The notes beneath the pieces were generated by a model that worked only from the letters and a program-made list of their open reading frames with translations, was not told where the DNA came from and ran no database searches. A DNA stretch of 64,000 bases from Bispira polyomma (taxonomy: Eukaryota): assembly GCA_965649765.1 (NCBI GenBank), contig OZ287754.1, positions 62,620,001 to 62,684,000 of the forward strand, in the 5' to 3' direction. Positions 1-12,310 of this stretch are shown piece by piece; positions within the stretch are counted from its first letter, which is position 1; each line of letters opens with the position of its first letter. A program made the position numbers and the translations under genes.

Positions 1-1249
1 GCGCCGGAGTGCAGCCGGTTTCAGTTCTAGGGTACCAGTCTAACCAGTTGACCTCGTTTGCGGCTAGTATAAAAGGCAGTGTTTACATTTAGCCCGCCAC
101 TTTTTGGAAACACCCACCCTCCTCTTCCCTTGTAACAAATTTTTCTTGAGTTTCAGAATGTCTGTGTATTGTACGTGGCAACGAATGGTGGCAGCAGCAG
201 CTTAGCCAACTCTGGACTCCCTTATGAGGTCCTGGCTCGTGCTCTTGGGTCACTCTTACACTCTGCTCCTTGCTCCTGGTCGGTATGAACGCAGTTCGAT
301 GTTATGTCTCCACTCAGGCCTGTGACCTGGCCTTTATGAAAGTTAGACAGCTTGGACCAGGATGCGTTGTTGCTGGAGCTATTATTGAAGTGTTCTGCTG
401 GAGTTCGCCTAGCTAATGTTTAAAGTGTAATACATGTTGCCAAGAAATAGAGTAAAATGTAATTTCTTCCTTATATGAGCTTTAATGTATAAGTAAGGAA
501 CCGTATTATTCGGTGCAGTAGGACTGTTCCAGTTGAGCTAGTTTGGGGAAGAAATGTTAAGGTTCACGTGATGCAAGCTAGTCATCACATCTCACAGTCA
601 GAGACTAGTGGTGTAGTATGTCAATGGCGTATACTCATGAATACCACTCATTTCGCCGAAACTCAAACTCATGGATTGCTGCTATAACAAGCTACTACTT
701 GATCTGAACAAGCAATGAACTATAGTTATTATATATGGAACATTTACATTTTATAAATTGTCTTTTAATGATCTTATAATTTACATTTTATTTACATAGA
801 CAATTGTTTTGATTTTATAGTATGGTGGTCTGGCACATTCTATGTGTCAGGTCTAAAGATTATAAAAAAATTATGTTACCATATAACTCTCAATTGACAG
901 TAAAACAAGTACTAATATCTGGGCATAAGGTCCCCCTCTTTCACAAGTACACTATGTACTCCTTTAGATAACTTCAGACTTAACTTCAACTAAGTCAACC
1001 TTAAATTATTAGACTTAAATATAACTTTGAGTCCTTCTTAAATTAATGAATTTAATTATGTATTTAAGTTAACCTTAAACTTGAATTCAATCTTACTTTA
1101 GGGTGACCTTATGCCCTCAACTTAAACTGTACATAGATTTGGTAAAGCTTTTAACATAGTCACTAATAAAATATTATACCGTAATCTTTTTCTGTGTTGA
1201 CTGTAAATAAATAGCACAAGTATACTAAGTTCTGGACACTGAGGAACTG
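1..1249 (+). mobile_element. Non-autonomous (ORF-less) YR/DIRS-type element; 5' end probably just upstream of the window
   Basis: Starts with TCAGTTCTAGGGTACCAG (21-38), TATAAAA (68-74) and CCGCCAC, the same layout that opens the coding YR element at 26670. Carries a palindrome array (921-1116) and ends in CTGGACACTGAGGAACTG (1232-1249), directly abutting a split SINE. Shares blocks (ATGGTGGTCTG, GGGCATAAGGTCCCC, ATGTACTC) with 30950-32501. Confidence 0.55.
921..1116. repeat. Palindrome array bounded by a 17-bp inverted repeat
   Basis: GGGCATAAGGTCCCCCT (921-937) and AGGGTGACCTTATGCCC (1100-1116) are 16/17 complementary. Internal units include TAAGTCAACCTTAA and TTAAGTTAACCTTAA. Confidence 0.8.
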
Positions 1250-1385
1250 TTCCTTACTGTGGGCCGCTGGTTTCAGTGCAGAACCTTGATCAACTGTATG
1301 CAGTGTTTCCACCAGCGTTTCCAACTACCAGTCCCAATATAACCTAAACAGGTACTAGAGTGGACATTAAATATCCCAATTCAAA
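1250..1385 (+). mobile_element. 3' half of a tRNA-derived SINE (same family as 46537-46789)
   Basis: TTCCTTACTGTGGGCCGCTGGTTTC...GGTACTAGAGTGGACATTAAATATCCCAATTCAAA aligns by eye with the 3' half of the full SINE at 46537. The tRNA-like head is missing. Confidence 0.85.
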
Positions 1386-2241
1386 CCCAAGCTGACCCGA
1401 AGCAATACCCAAACTAACAAAGGAAATAGTGAGGAAGGAAATGTATTGTGGAGGGCAGGGCGAAAATGTTAAGGGAACACATTTTGACAAAGAAAATGTG
1501 TGCAGTAGTGTGGGGGCCGAGATACTAGAGAAAATCTTATTACACAATAGATTCCAAGTGTTGACTCAGCCGATCTCAATTAGTGTGGCCCCTAACAAAG
1601 ACCTCCTTTAAACAATGCTCACCAACACTGAAAGTGACAAGCGAACGCCCCCCAAAACAACATTTGGGCATTAAAAAGGATAGTGTTAAACACAAGTGCA
1701 AATGCGGATACTCAGATAGTACAGATAATGTAAACATTATTAGTATTGAAGACCGTATTTCGAATTACAAATATGCTTTAGAATTGACGCAAAATGTAAA
1801 CAAAAGACAGTTGTTGGCCAAAGCTAAAAATGATCAAACGTATTGTAACGTATATGATGTCAACAAAGCCATGTTAAGTACAGCTTTACTGGTCTGTCAG
1901 ACTTGGTCTGCAGAATATGGGATAATGAATCTAGAAATTATAGCTCAGATATACGGCAAATGCACCAAATATGGAGCAAAGATAGAAGGTAAAAATACCC
2001 TTGAAATCACAATTAAATCCTGAAAAATGGGCAGTATTTAAAGTCATACTTGGATTGGCAGCTTCACCTATTGGCCAAATATGGCTCTTACAACTTAATG
2101 TGAAGCTTGAAAACATTAGCCAATCATATGGCAGTAATCACAAATTGGCCAACGACTTCCCAAGCATTTGGATACACACTTAAAAGAGGAATGCAAATAT
2201 GGTGCCATATGCCTGGCATCAATAAAGCGCGTTAAAAATGC

Positions 2242-2274
<33 letters not shown>

Positions 2275-3720
2275 TTGGGGCCTTTTAAAAATCCACCGAT
2301 AGAAAACATGCATTTTTCTCAGACGATGACAAGTAATAGGTCCACATGCAGTAATAGGCGGGCCATTGTACATCTCAGCTTACCCGTTGGCCAATCAGTT
2401 AAGGCAGGGGCTTTCCCACGAAATACCTGGGGACGTATTTCTTATTGTTATATCCTGCCATAGATAACTTAACTAATGAAGTGGCGAAACTAGGCAAAGG
2501 TTGCCAGATATATAAGCTCGACATAAGTTGTACATTTGGACAAGTGCCTTGGTTGTCCTGAAGTTAGACTCCCATTATCTAGATAGATGTCTCCCCTTCG
2601 ATAATCAAAATAGATCGACTATTTTCTAGCATTTATCGGACGCGGTCAGATTTAAAATGCTCTTAGAAGGCCTTCACATCCACACCTATATAGATTATTA
2701 GCTATGCGTATCACTGCCTAAAATCACAAAGATATACAACAGACTGCACAGCCTGTTGGCAGAATTGGGGTTAACTGTAAGTGCTCAAAAAACTTTTCCC
2801 AAAAGTTGGAGGAAATAAAACTAATGTGTTAAAATTGGGAAGGCAAAAATAATACACCAAAAGACAGATGCAGTCACTACTTGGGTAACTGTTATACATC
2901 TATATTGTGGGAGACCACACCTTGAAATATTTCATCCAGAGACACTTTCATTAGCAGACCAAACCCTTACCTACCAGATTTAATCAAAGAAAATATAACA
3001 TTTGTCACATATATTGGGTATTATGACCCAAGCGGTAATATAAACGCTTGAGTAGAGCATGGGAGATAACCCATACAAATATTTGGAGTTGAACCAGATA
3101 ACAGTTAACAATGCCATAGAATGGCTTGGCAGCTACGGCAGTATATTCACACTACTTTTAAGTTTTAGTACAAGCATTCAATGAATTGGTCTCATATCTC
3201 AGATCCCAGACAATAAAGGAACAGATGAAAATGAAAATATAACCTCCTAGCTGCCAGTACATAAATACAGTAACTTTTAAAGTAAGTGTGGATGAGCTAC
3301 AAAGTAAGTTACCGTGCATACGCCTAAAACATGCCGACTAAATTTATCACGATAACCATAAACCACATACAGTCACTGGCATGAAAACTGGATTATTGAT
3401 CCTACAGTAAGATAAACGTCTTCTATTTTCGCTCACCACTATTAAAATAAAAACTTACAAATGCCACTCTTTAGAGATGAAAGCAAGTGCGTCTGTTTTT
3501 TTTAAAAAAAATTTAGGGTAGAATCTTTTACATTTTGATAATTTGCGACTAAGTTTGTCAGTATGAGGTGTTCGACCTAGACCTTTACTGTACAGATCTT
3601 TCTTGTGGACAGAAATCCCAAAAGTCATCTCATGGTAACCACTAAAACTATGGAAGAATAGCGCCAACTATATGTAGGTTATTATAGATTAAATGTCTGT
3701 ATCTTTATGAATACTTCACA
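1386..3720 (+). mobile_element. Decayed Ngaro-like YR retrotransposon (linker ORF, RT, RNase H and YR remnants)
   Basis: RT N-terminal motifs LKSQLNPEKW (2001) and YGAI/LGPFKNPPIENMHFS..RRAIVHLS.P.GQSV.AG (2200-2410), then ELGLTVS (~2760). LHNRFQVL motif is shared with the YR element at 28270. Many stops and frameshifts; the RNase H and YR parts are only weakly recognisable. Confidence 0.7.
2209..2274 (+). mobile_element. Extremely 5'-truncated L2-type LINE/SINE 3' tail with (AAT)n, inserted into the YR RT
   Basis: ATGCCTGGCATCAATAAAGCGCGTTAAAAATGCAT+(AAT)n splits the codons GCC ATA | TTG GGG (A-I|L-G). The same core occurs reversed at 32631-32698. Confidence 0.7.
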
Positions 3721-3989
3721 AAAAAGCTTTTATCATGCACTTTAGGATGAGGTTTCAATTCAAATGAATTGGTTACAAAGATATTTTTAATAAAGGTTGC
3801 TCTGTATATCCCACAGTGTTTATAAAAGTCTATGCAAGCTTTTACAGTGTATATTATTGAGTAAATGCTCATATCTCAATAAATTTACCTCACAGAAACC
3901 TAGCAAATTTTTACAAGACCTCTAGGAGATTTTACAGCCACCTGCAAGAACTCTAGACCACATTACAGTCAAACGGACCTGTAGGTATT

Positions 3990-4087
3990 TTTAGTCACCT
4001 CCCAGAATACTGGGAGATTGTAGTCACCTCCCAGAACCCTGGGCAATTCCACATCCCCTCTAGGCTATTGTACAGTCACCTCCCAGG
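3990..4087. repeat. Degenerate ~29-bp minisatellite (AGTCACCTCCCAG unit) with hairpin CTCCCAG-AATA-CTGGGAG
   Basis: AGTCACCTCCCAG at ~3993, ~4022 and ~4074; weaker units extend back to ~3900. Confidence 0.7.
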
Positions 4088-4654
4088 CCGATGTGGGTTT
4101 GCAATAAGCAATTTCTCCCACAATTTGGGCGATTTTACTCTTATTATCAGAACATATATTTTCCAATTATTCAAATTTGTGAACTCATTTTAACTTTCCT
4201 GAATTGATGTTTTGTACCCATTGTTTATACAGAAATAGCTCAAGACTTCTTTTAGCCAATGTCAAATTTTACTCGCTCAACATGGTAATATAATTGTATT
4301 CTTAGTTCCTGATTTCTTCTAAGTCACAGTTATTTCTCCATAAAATTGAGACTTGGAACGTTTGACTAAAACAATCTAGACACACAACAAAATCAACAAA
4401 ATTGTGGAGCAAAATATGAACTCTGTGTGAGGTTTCAAAGATAGAGCTTTAAAGGTGATTAGACATTACAATACCAAGGTCAAAGTCAGGTCAGACAATA
4501 ATGTTGCAAAATCGTACTACGGAATTTTCTTTATGTTAACAGCCGTACTGCATTGCTAGATAATTTTGTTGAGTAAGGATTTTTGTTATCGACAAAGTAA
4601 ACATACTTTTCATCAAAAGAATGATGTGGAAATTATATTAAGTAAATAAGAAAA

Positions 4655-5990
4655 TACACCTGGGCTAGGGATGTGATAAGAGGGCATACACTCACACAAA
4701 TATGTTGATACCTGCAAGGTGTTGGGGAAGGCCCAGATATCTGGGATGGCCATGTTTTTCACAAAATAATGGTCCTGTGTCTAGACACTCGGGTTGATTT
4801 GGGTGGCAAAAAGTTCTAAACACTTCTGTGGTGTTCATACATTCTCTGTCTAAATGGTATTTTGGTCTCTCCAATATATTGAAGGCCACATTGAGTACAG
4901 TTGACAATGTAAATTACATTATTTAATTCACAGGTTATTTTGTGTTTAGTTGGTAAGTTCAAACTTTTATAGACATTTTTGGTAGAGAAATTAGTGACTG
5001 TGCTATTTGGGTTGGTGGAGTTATATTATTTTTAATTTATTAATGCAATGTATCTATTGTCTATCGGATTATCATATTTGGTTTTATCTGGTTTAGTGGC
5101 CAATAGTTTAGACTGTGTAAATGAACTTGCTCTTTGATAATGCATTTTGAGATATTTCAAGAGGTATACCACAGACCTATGGCAAGTACCTGACACCAAC
5201 TTTCCCAGAAAAAGGAACAAATCAGAATCCAGGCTTCCTACTTGTGATATGTCTGTATGCATGTTAGTGGTGGGAGACCAGTTCACCCCCCGGCTACCAA
5301 TCGACGCCCACCCAGATTAAAACAGTGAATATCTCATGTGGGAACATAAGTCGTGTGGTGTATTTGTAGTGTGTGTAAATATATGAAGACACTATATTTC
5401 TTTACTAAACCAATTATAGCGTGCCCATTTAGTGTTTGTTACTTCTAATTTTAAGTTTCTAAAACGAATGAAGAAACACTGTTCAATTCCAAAAGGGTCT
5501 TGTTTAAATGAATAGCGCACTGGTACTGTTATACATATGATGATGTTACCACTGGTAAAATTAACACGTGAAAGTATATACACATACATTTATGAAATAC
5601 TTTTTATCCCTAAAATAATAAATATGATGGAAACGTCCATTTTGTTGTGAACATCTATAATTGTCCAGGTATTAACAGTATTTCCACATTACATACACAT
5701 ATATAAGTTAAAAGGTACACCTGGGTTAGGGGTGTGATAAAAGGGCATACATAAATATGTTACCTGCAAGGTGTATGGTGATGAAGGCCCAGATAAAGTA
5801 TAGTTCCTGGTGTATACGCCTTGTGGTGGAGTCTGGGTTGATGTCCTTCCCTAAACATTGCATAACACTGAAAGCCATGACTTCACAGAATGTTGGTCCT
5901 GTAGAAGTTTCTAGAAACATGGGTTGATTTGTGTGGCAACAAATTCTGAACACTTTTGTAGTGGTTATACATTCTCTGTCAGGTTGTATT
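4655..5990. repeat. Two diverged direct copies of a ~200-270 bp sequence (4655-4850 and 5717-5990)
   Basis: Shared blocks TACACCTGGGYTAGGGRTGTGATAARAGGGCATACA, ACCTGCAAGGT, GGGTTGATTTG.GTGGCAA and ATACATTCTCTGTC. Confidence 0.7.
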
Positions 5991-6049
5991 TGATAGAATG
6001 AAACTAGTTGCAATATTCAGTTTTCTCCTGAATTACTTATTGGCCTTCA

Positions 6050-7092
6050 GGTAGAGACACTTAGTTTGTGCAGGCTATTTATCTCTGCTGGTGCTGTTTC
6101 GTTCATTGTGGGGGGATTCTGTCGTTTTTCTTTTGGTGCCATTGGTAGAAGACTGAGGAAGTTGTTTGAGCTTGTTTGCCACTTGAGGGCACTACTGCTT
6201 CAGCCTCATATCAAACTTTATACCTCTACCTTAAATGTGTGAATTACACATAGCTATGCTTAGCAAATTTGTCTGTCCATCCATATACTCACTAATCAGA
6301 TTATTCCACCTGTAGCTTAATTCTCGCTTTTTGAGGGACGCGATATTGAATTTTGGTACTGACATGGAAGCAACAGAAAATATTTTAAGCAAGCAAATAG
6401 ACATTTCACATAGTTTTTAGTCAACCTTTTTTTTATATGTTTTATTTGTGTTTATTACATGTTGTTGCTTGCAAGTGTTAAATAGTGAATTGTACTGCCT
6501 TGTTTAATATGGGGCGAGCAATGAAGAAAACGCCATTAGCTATACCATTAAAGAAATCAACACGTCAAGGCAAAGTGTCAACAGAGACAACAGGAGACAG
6601 GGATGGACAGGTAAACACTTTATTTGGCCATTTATTTTGACAGAGGCCGTCGGTAACTATAACAGTTCTACTCATTGACCCTGAAAACGTCCCCATTCTG
6701 GCCAGCACCATCGCTAGTCCACCGCCTTGCTCTGAAGCCCCTCCATCGGGAGGAGCAACATCAGATGAAATGTTGAATATATTAAGATGTCTGGAATCTT
6801 CCAATACCGCCTTGTCACAGAGATTGGACAGCGTAGAGTCAGGCTCGTTGAAACAACACATTCCTGTGCAGTCTCATGGCCTGTCGGCAATGCAGGGACC
6901 GAATATAGCTACAAACCCACCCCTGGTACCCAATTTCACGAACGTTCAACAACAGCAACCAAACGCGGCTTATGTCAACACGGCGACACAGCCACACGTT
7001 ACTCAGGTTAATCCCCAGGAATTTGCTAGAGACGGGATAATGCAGAATCTGGACGTACTAAGAACCATGCCATCAGTACAGGCAGCTGTAAA
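6050..7092 (+). mobile_element. 5' part of a YR element with gag-like ORF1 (ATG 6509), cut by a Gypsy insertion
   Basis: ORF starts MGR..., like the minus-strand ORF1 at ~12124. It has a coiled-coil segment (LNILRCLESSNTALSQRLDSVE), and GIMQNLDVLRTMPSVQAAVN resembles SIVPNFEFLKQNVQIQTQV in ORF1 at ~27250. Confidence 0.55.
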
Positions 7093-7920
7093 TGTCACAG
7101 GGCCGGAATGAGGCTCGGTAAATGAAACACACACTATATTTTTTTATGGAACTTTATTAAATTCAAAATGTCAGAACACCAGAAAATACACTTTAAAATA
7201 GAGTGATCATGAAATATATATATGTATATATGCATGTATCAAAACACAAACACATCCCCGATTCACACATACACACTACCACACCACATACATATACATG
7301 AAACAAAACACACAAACAAATATATTTATCAATAAAACAAAACAGTTCATTGTTTAGTGTAATGTTCAAATTCACTGTAATTTAATGTACCGCTTGTAAT
7401 GTTAACATGTCAGGAACCCAAACACAGTAATATCTCCAGCGAGATGAAAATCCCTAGTGTGATGATCATTCAACCACAACCATATCTCTAGCGAGATGAA
7501 AATCTTCAGCGTTGATAATCATGCAACCACAACCATATCTCCAGCGAGATGAAAATGCTCAGCATTAATGATCCATATAATCATAACCACACCACCATTA
7601 GAACAGCATCATCGCAACATGGAAACCAAGTTCCCCACATTAAAACCAGCTTCAATGCTGGAAGTTTCCTCCAAACAACAGACTGGAGCTTCAAAACGTG
7701 TGCTGCCAAAAATGTGGCTTACAACAAACTAAAACCCAAGATACTAATTCCACACTAAACTGCTGTATGCAGTGACGCATGAACACACACCCCATACTGA
7801 TCAAAACCATAGTAAACCCACAATGACTTCATACAGAACACCATAGACCAGAATTAAAAACTAAGAATCCAAAAACCATAACAACCCCAGGCAGAACTAG
7901 CTTAAAGAATAAATTGACAT
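7093..7920 (-). repeat. Probable 3' LTR of the Gypsy element, containing 3 x ~52-bp tandem repeats (7430-7595)
   Basis: Terminal TGTGACA and AATAAA (minus strand, ~7153-7158). The unit TATCTCCAGCGAGATGAAAAT.. starts at 7431, 7483 and 7536. The LTR 5' boundary is uncertain and no clear PPT is visible. Confidence 0.6.
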
Positions 7921-7953
7921 GATAGTGAAGCGATATGGCAGCAACTACATTGC

Positions 7954-9149
7954 CTATCTCATGAGTCTAGTAATTGCAACTTTGTTTTTAGTTAGATAAA
8001 CCAATGGGTGATGATCTGTCTGTAAAACAAACTTTCTACCATACAGGTACATCTGCAATTTTTGTATTGCCCAGATAATCGCAAGACACTCCTTTTCTGT
8101 GGTTGAGTAATGCTCTTCTCGTTTCTGTAATTTCCTGCTGATATAGCATATTGGGAATAAGATTCCATCATGTTCCTGAAGCAATACCGCACCAATTGCT
8201 GTACCAGAAGCATCAGTTTGAACAATGAACTGTTTGTCTTCACCAGGTAATTTCAGAATTGGCTCAGTTATCAAAGCAGATTTCAGCTGTTCAAAAGCTT
8301 TCTAATGGATACTCTCCCAAACTAATATATTTAGACACCCTTTCTTCATAAGATCTGTTACAGGAGAAGCCTTAGCTGCAAAATTTGAGATAAACCTTCT
8401 ATAGTACCCAATGAGACCCAGAAAAGATCTGAGCTGCTTCTTATTCTGTGGACGAACTGCCTTCTTGATTTTGTCAACCTTATCTGCACAAGGATTCAAT
8501 TCATTTTGACCAACCATATGGACTAGAAATTTTACCTTCTCAAACCCAAACATACACTTCGAAGGACGCACAGCTAGGTTTGCTTCTCTAAGAACTTCAA
8601 ACAACTTCTTCAACACCATCAAATAACTTGACCAATTTTTAGTGTGAGCCAAAATATTATCTATATAAATGTCTATTTGTCCAATACCTTGCAACAAAAT
8701 ATGCATTAACCTGTTGCAGCTTGCACCTGACATAACCAAACCAAATGCAACAACTTTGAATCTGAACATGCCATTTTTGGGAGTGATGAATGTGGTTTTG
8801 TCACGATTCTCTAGCTTGATTGGTATTTTCCAATAACCCTAATAAATCTAGTTTTGAAAACAGAGCCCGCAGAGAGCTTAGAGTACAAACATTCTGGTAA
8901 AGCAGTAGGCATGGGATCAAAATAACAAACATGATTCAGCTTTTTATACTCAATGCAAAAACGTATGGATTCATCCTTTTTCTTCACCAGAACAATTGGT
9001 GATGCATAGTTACTAGTAAATGGTTCTATGACACCAAGTTCTAACATCTTGCAAACTTTATCTTTTATAACATGCCTTATTGAAAGGGGAACCGGGTATG
9101 GTTTACAACAAACTGGATTATCACTTGTCAAGGGAATAGAATGTTCCAA
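7954..9149 (-). pseudogene. Gypsy reverse transcriptase and RNase H (frameshifted)
   Basis: ORFs 8811-9149, 8302-8769 and 7954-8274 carry Ty3/Gypsy RT and RNase H motifs; YxDD has decayed to YIDN. Confidence 0.9.
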
Positions 9150-9329
9150 CTAATTATAAATCTGCTGTTTTTGCCTCACACTCAACCTAGGATTTATCAA
9201 AACATCCCCATAAGATTCCTTTTGCTGAGATGAAGGAAACTAAATCTCACTTATTAAATCTTGCTCTTCCTTAACAATTGACTCGCAAGTAACATGTAGA
9301 AACTCACAAGAACCTGCAATCTGTGCCTG

Positions 9330-10490
9330 ATACTTTTTTCAAGAGGTTTGCATGGAAGACTTTTGTACCAGTAGGAAGAACTATTCTATAATCATTCAAC
9401 CCGATTTTTTCTTTCACCTCAAATGGCCCCTACCATTGCATTAGTAACTTATTCTCACTTGTTGGAAGTAATACGAGGATCTTATCTCCAACTGAAAACT
9501 TCCTATTACTTGCCTTCTTATCATAATAATGCTTGTAGGACTGACTTTTGGAACCTAAGTTACCCTTTGTGATTTGTAGAGTATCTTCCAAACGATTTCT
9601 TACATCCATAACATACTCATATGTTAACTTGACTTCAGAACTAGTCTGCTCATTTGTCCACAACTCCTTTAAAATAGCAAGAGGACCTCTAACTGACTGT
9701 CCATATAAAAGCTCAAAAGGAGAAAACCCTAAGGACTCCTGAGGAACTTCCCTGTATGCAAATAACAAAGGACTGAGATAGCGATCCCAATCTTTGGGCT
9801 TTTCATCACACAACTTTTTCAACATACTTTTGAGTGTATCATTAAATTTTTCCACAAGCGGATTGCAAATTAGATGGTATGGAGTTGTTTACAATTTTCT
9901 AAGAGATAATAATCTGCCAACTTCACACATCAAGTTTGAACTGTGTACCACAGTCACTGAGAACCTCTCTAGGAACACCAACCCTAGCAAAAACACTTAG
10001 CAAAGCTTGTGCAACTGTCTCTGTGTCAATACGTTTCAATGCAATAGCCTCAGGATAGTGAGTAACATAGTCTATGAGGGTCAAAATATATCTATGTCCT
10101 TTCTCAGATGCTCGGAATATAAGACCTACCAAATCAATAGATAATTCTATCAAATGGGTTTCAATGACTGGCATGCTTTCTAAAGGAACCTTAGACACCT
10201 TCCCATTATGAAGAGTCGTTTGACAAATGTCACACGACTGGCAAAATCTAGTGACGTCTCCATGGATTCCGGGCCAATAAAAATTTGCATACACTCAATC
10301 TAATGTCTTGCGAGATCCCAAATAACCAGCAAACAAACCACCATGAGCAAGTTTCATGACTTGAAGACAAAGTTCTTTTGGCAACACAACTTGACTAACC
10401 TTTTCACCAAATTGAACCTTTGGAGACTCTTGATACCTCATCAATAGGCTATCTTCAATCTCAAACCAAGACATGTTATTTTTACCACTC
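9330..10490 (-). pseudogene. Gypsy integrase (frameshifted)
   Basis: ORFs 9923-10294 and 9430-9855 carry the CxxC of the zinc-binding region, the DDE core and a GPY/F-like tail (NKLLMQW*GPF). Confidence 0.9.
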
Positions 10491-10639
10491 TTTTATCCTA
10501 ATCAGTGTGCAAGAGGATAGTCTGGAAGACGAAAAAAGGATCGTGATCAGAGTTCAGTTGTGACCAGCAGACGAATGCTAAGGTGAGAAAACGAGCTGAT
10601 ACAGATGTGATTTGAGCTTTTTTTTTGAAGCTTGTGATT

Positions 10640-11020
10640 CTTGACTCAGTCAGAAGACTAGTAGTGAGACTATTACACTAAGCAAGTGCTACAACTAAGA
10701 ATTATTATTTTTAGCCAGCTGATTTTTTGGGTAGGAACCTGGAGGTGGAGAGACTTTTACCTCTTGTAAAATTGCTGAGAGACACAATAGATGATAAGTA
10801 GGCAGGTTGTTGAACACGGAATGCCTTAAAAATGAGGACCATTACCTACCAGTGTACTTGATACCAGGGCATTTGACACTGCAATGGCGTTTTTTAATAG
10901 AGTTAGATGCCAATGAATCCTATGAAAGTCATTGGATGTAGCAGTAGTAGGAACGACAGATATTAGAGACATGTTTTTTGAAAGAGAAGTCAGTGTCTAA
11001 AGTAACTCCTAGGTTTTTTG
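10640..11020 (-). mobile_element. L2-clade LINE ORF2 C-terminal fragment
   Basis: Reverse translation gives AKNLGVTLDTDFSFKKHVSNI..., then AIAVSNALVSSTL. Confidence 0.7.
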
Positions 11021-11399
11021 CGCTGTCCGTGTGTCCTTTCTAATTTTACGGATCATTAATTACAGGCTATTAATGTGACAAAATATTTATAATTGTGTAA
11101 AATTAGCAATAGTTGCATTTAATGTTGCAAAGATATGCATTGACATTATGAATCAGTGTATCTTGCAAGCCAGTGTGAAATATGCATGCAATATATAGAT
11201 ATTTGTGGGTGGCTTCATCATGTGACTTTACAATTTTTAGAGTCACATGGCAAATATCAGATATATTGGTACAGTAAACCAGTATCGCGGGTTGATATGA
11301 TTTACCTTTAAAACTATTAGATTCAACTTAAAATATTTTAGGAATTATTGATGGTTTCCATCTGTTGCTCTTTTTGATACCTTTAATACCTTTCACACA

Positions 11400-12310
11400 C
11401 TTCTGGATGCGAATTCTCCTCATTTAACACCTAGAAACAATGGTTACAGATATGACGGGATTGACCATTGTCACTGTCGTTTGAACATGATCCATTGTTG
11501 TAAAATTACACAATGTTTCCGTTTCTGTGTGTGCTGACTAGCGTGTTGATGTGATGTCTGAGGGTTAGCTAATGCTAATAGAGAGGTACTTAATTTATTA
11601 AGCGCCCATTGGGTTGAATTTGTCCAGTCTAGCCTTTTCTTTCTCGAGTTCTTGCATATTCGTACCCCAGGCAGCTCTAACTGCTGGCCAGGGTAAGGAT
11701 GTCGCATCCCTAAAGGTATAAATCATTTGATGAATCATATGACGCACCATGATAGGGTCGGATACTTGTATTACATTCGCCAGTTACCCAGCAGCCCACT
11801 GTGGAAGAGTTAAAACATCGAAATTTGGCCTTTTTCTAGCTGTGCCCCTCAGTCAAACATTGGTGGTCGTTAATGGGGTGGAGTTCGCGGTGTTGGTAGA
11901 TCCCTTCAACTCTACTCTGTCTAGATGTTTCGTAATGTCTGCATTAGCGTTTTCAAGGCATTTTAGTATACCCATTACCTTTTGCATACCGTCGGGACTG
12001 TCTCCTCTGGTGGGCCTCGTAGATTTCTGACTACTAAATCTGGCTCCTTTCTTCTTTTGGTTGTTTTCAATGGTGTTTGCCTAGCCGGTGGTGCACTCAA
12101 TGGGATTAATTTATTTCTTCCCATTGTGTATACGTACAATGTAATGTAAATGTAAACTTAATGTAAAACATGTTCAATTTCAGAGAGGGGTGATTGGTGA
12201 TTGGTCCCTGATGTGTGTGGTGATGGCAAAAGAGAGAACAGGAATAGTTCTTTTTAAAAGGTGTTATTAGTGGTAGGCGGAACTGACACAGCAGGCCCCT
12301 GAAGTGGTCG
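11400..12310 (-). mobile_element. 5' part of a YR element with decayed gag-like ORF1
   Basis: Minus-strand GTCAGTTCCGCCTACCAC arm (12270-12287), ATG GGA AGA at ~12124, an LDW motif, and the Cys/His finger YNNGSCSNDSDNGQSRHICNHC (~11440-11505). The finger resembles CRYFQDGTC..HACETC at ~27750. Confidence 0.65.

Larger units (their letters stand above)
7093..10495 (-). mobile_element. Gypsy LTR retrotransposon, Gmr1-type domain order (INT-RT-RH), 5'-truncated and decayed
   Basis: On the minus strand, in order: integrase Zn/core (FYWPGIHGDVTRFCQSCDICQ; IDLVG; LSDCGTQF; EKFNDTLKSMLKKL; GFSPFELLYG), RT (YASPIVLVKKKDESIRFC; YIDNIL), RNase H (FIVQTDASG; EKECLAIIWAI; LQTDHHPL), then an LTR-like region ending ...CTGTGACA at 7093. 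Confidence 0.9.

Noticed and set aside
2116-2373. Poly-tyrosine protein
   Set aside because: Artefact of translating the (AAT)n retro-tail on the opposite strand.
7430-7595. CRISPR-like repeat-spacer array
   Set aside because: Whole 52-53 bp units are homologous with no unique spacers, they lie inside a Gypsy LTR-like region, the context is eukaryotic, and no cas genes are present.
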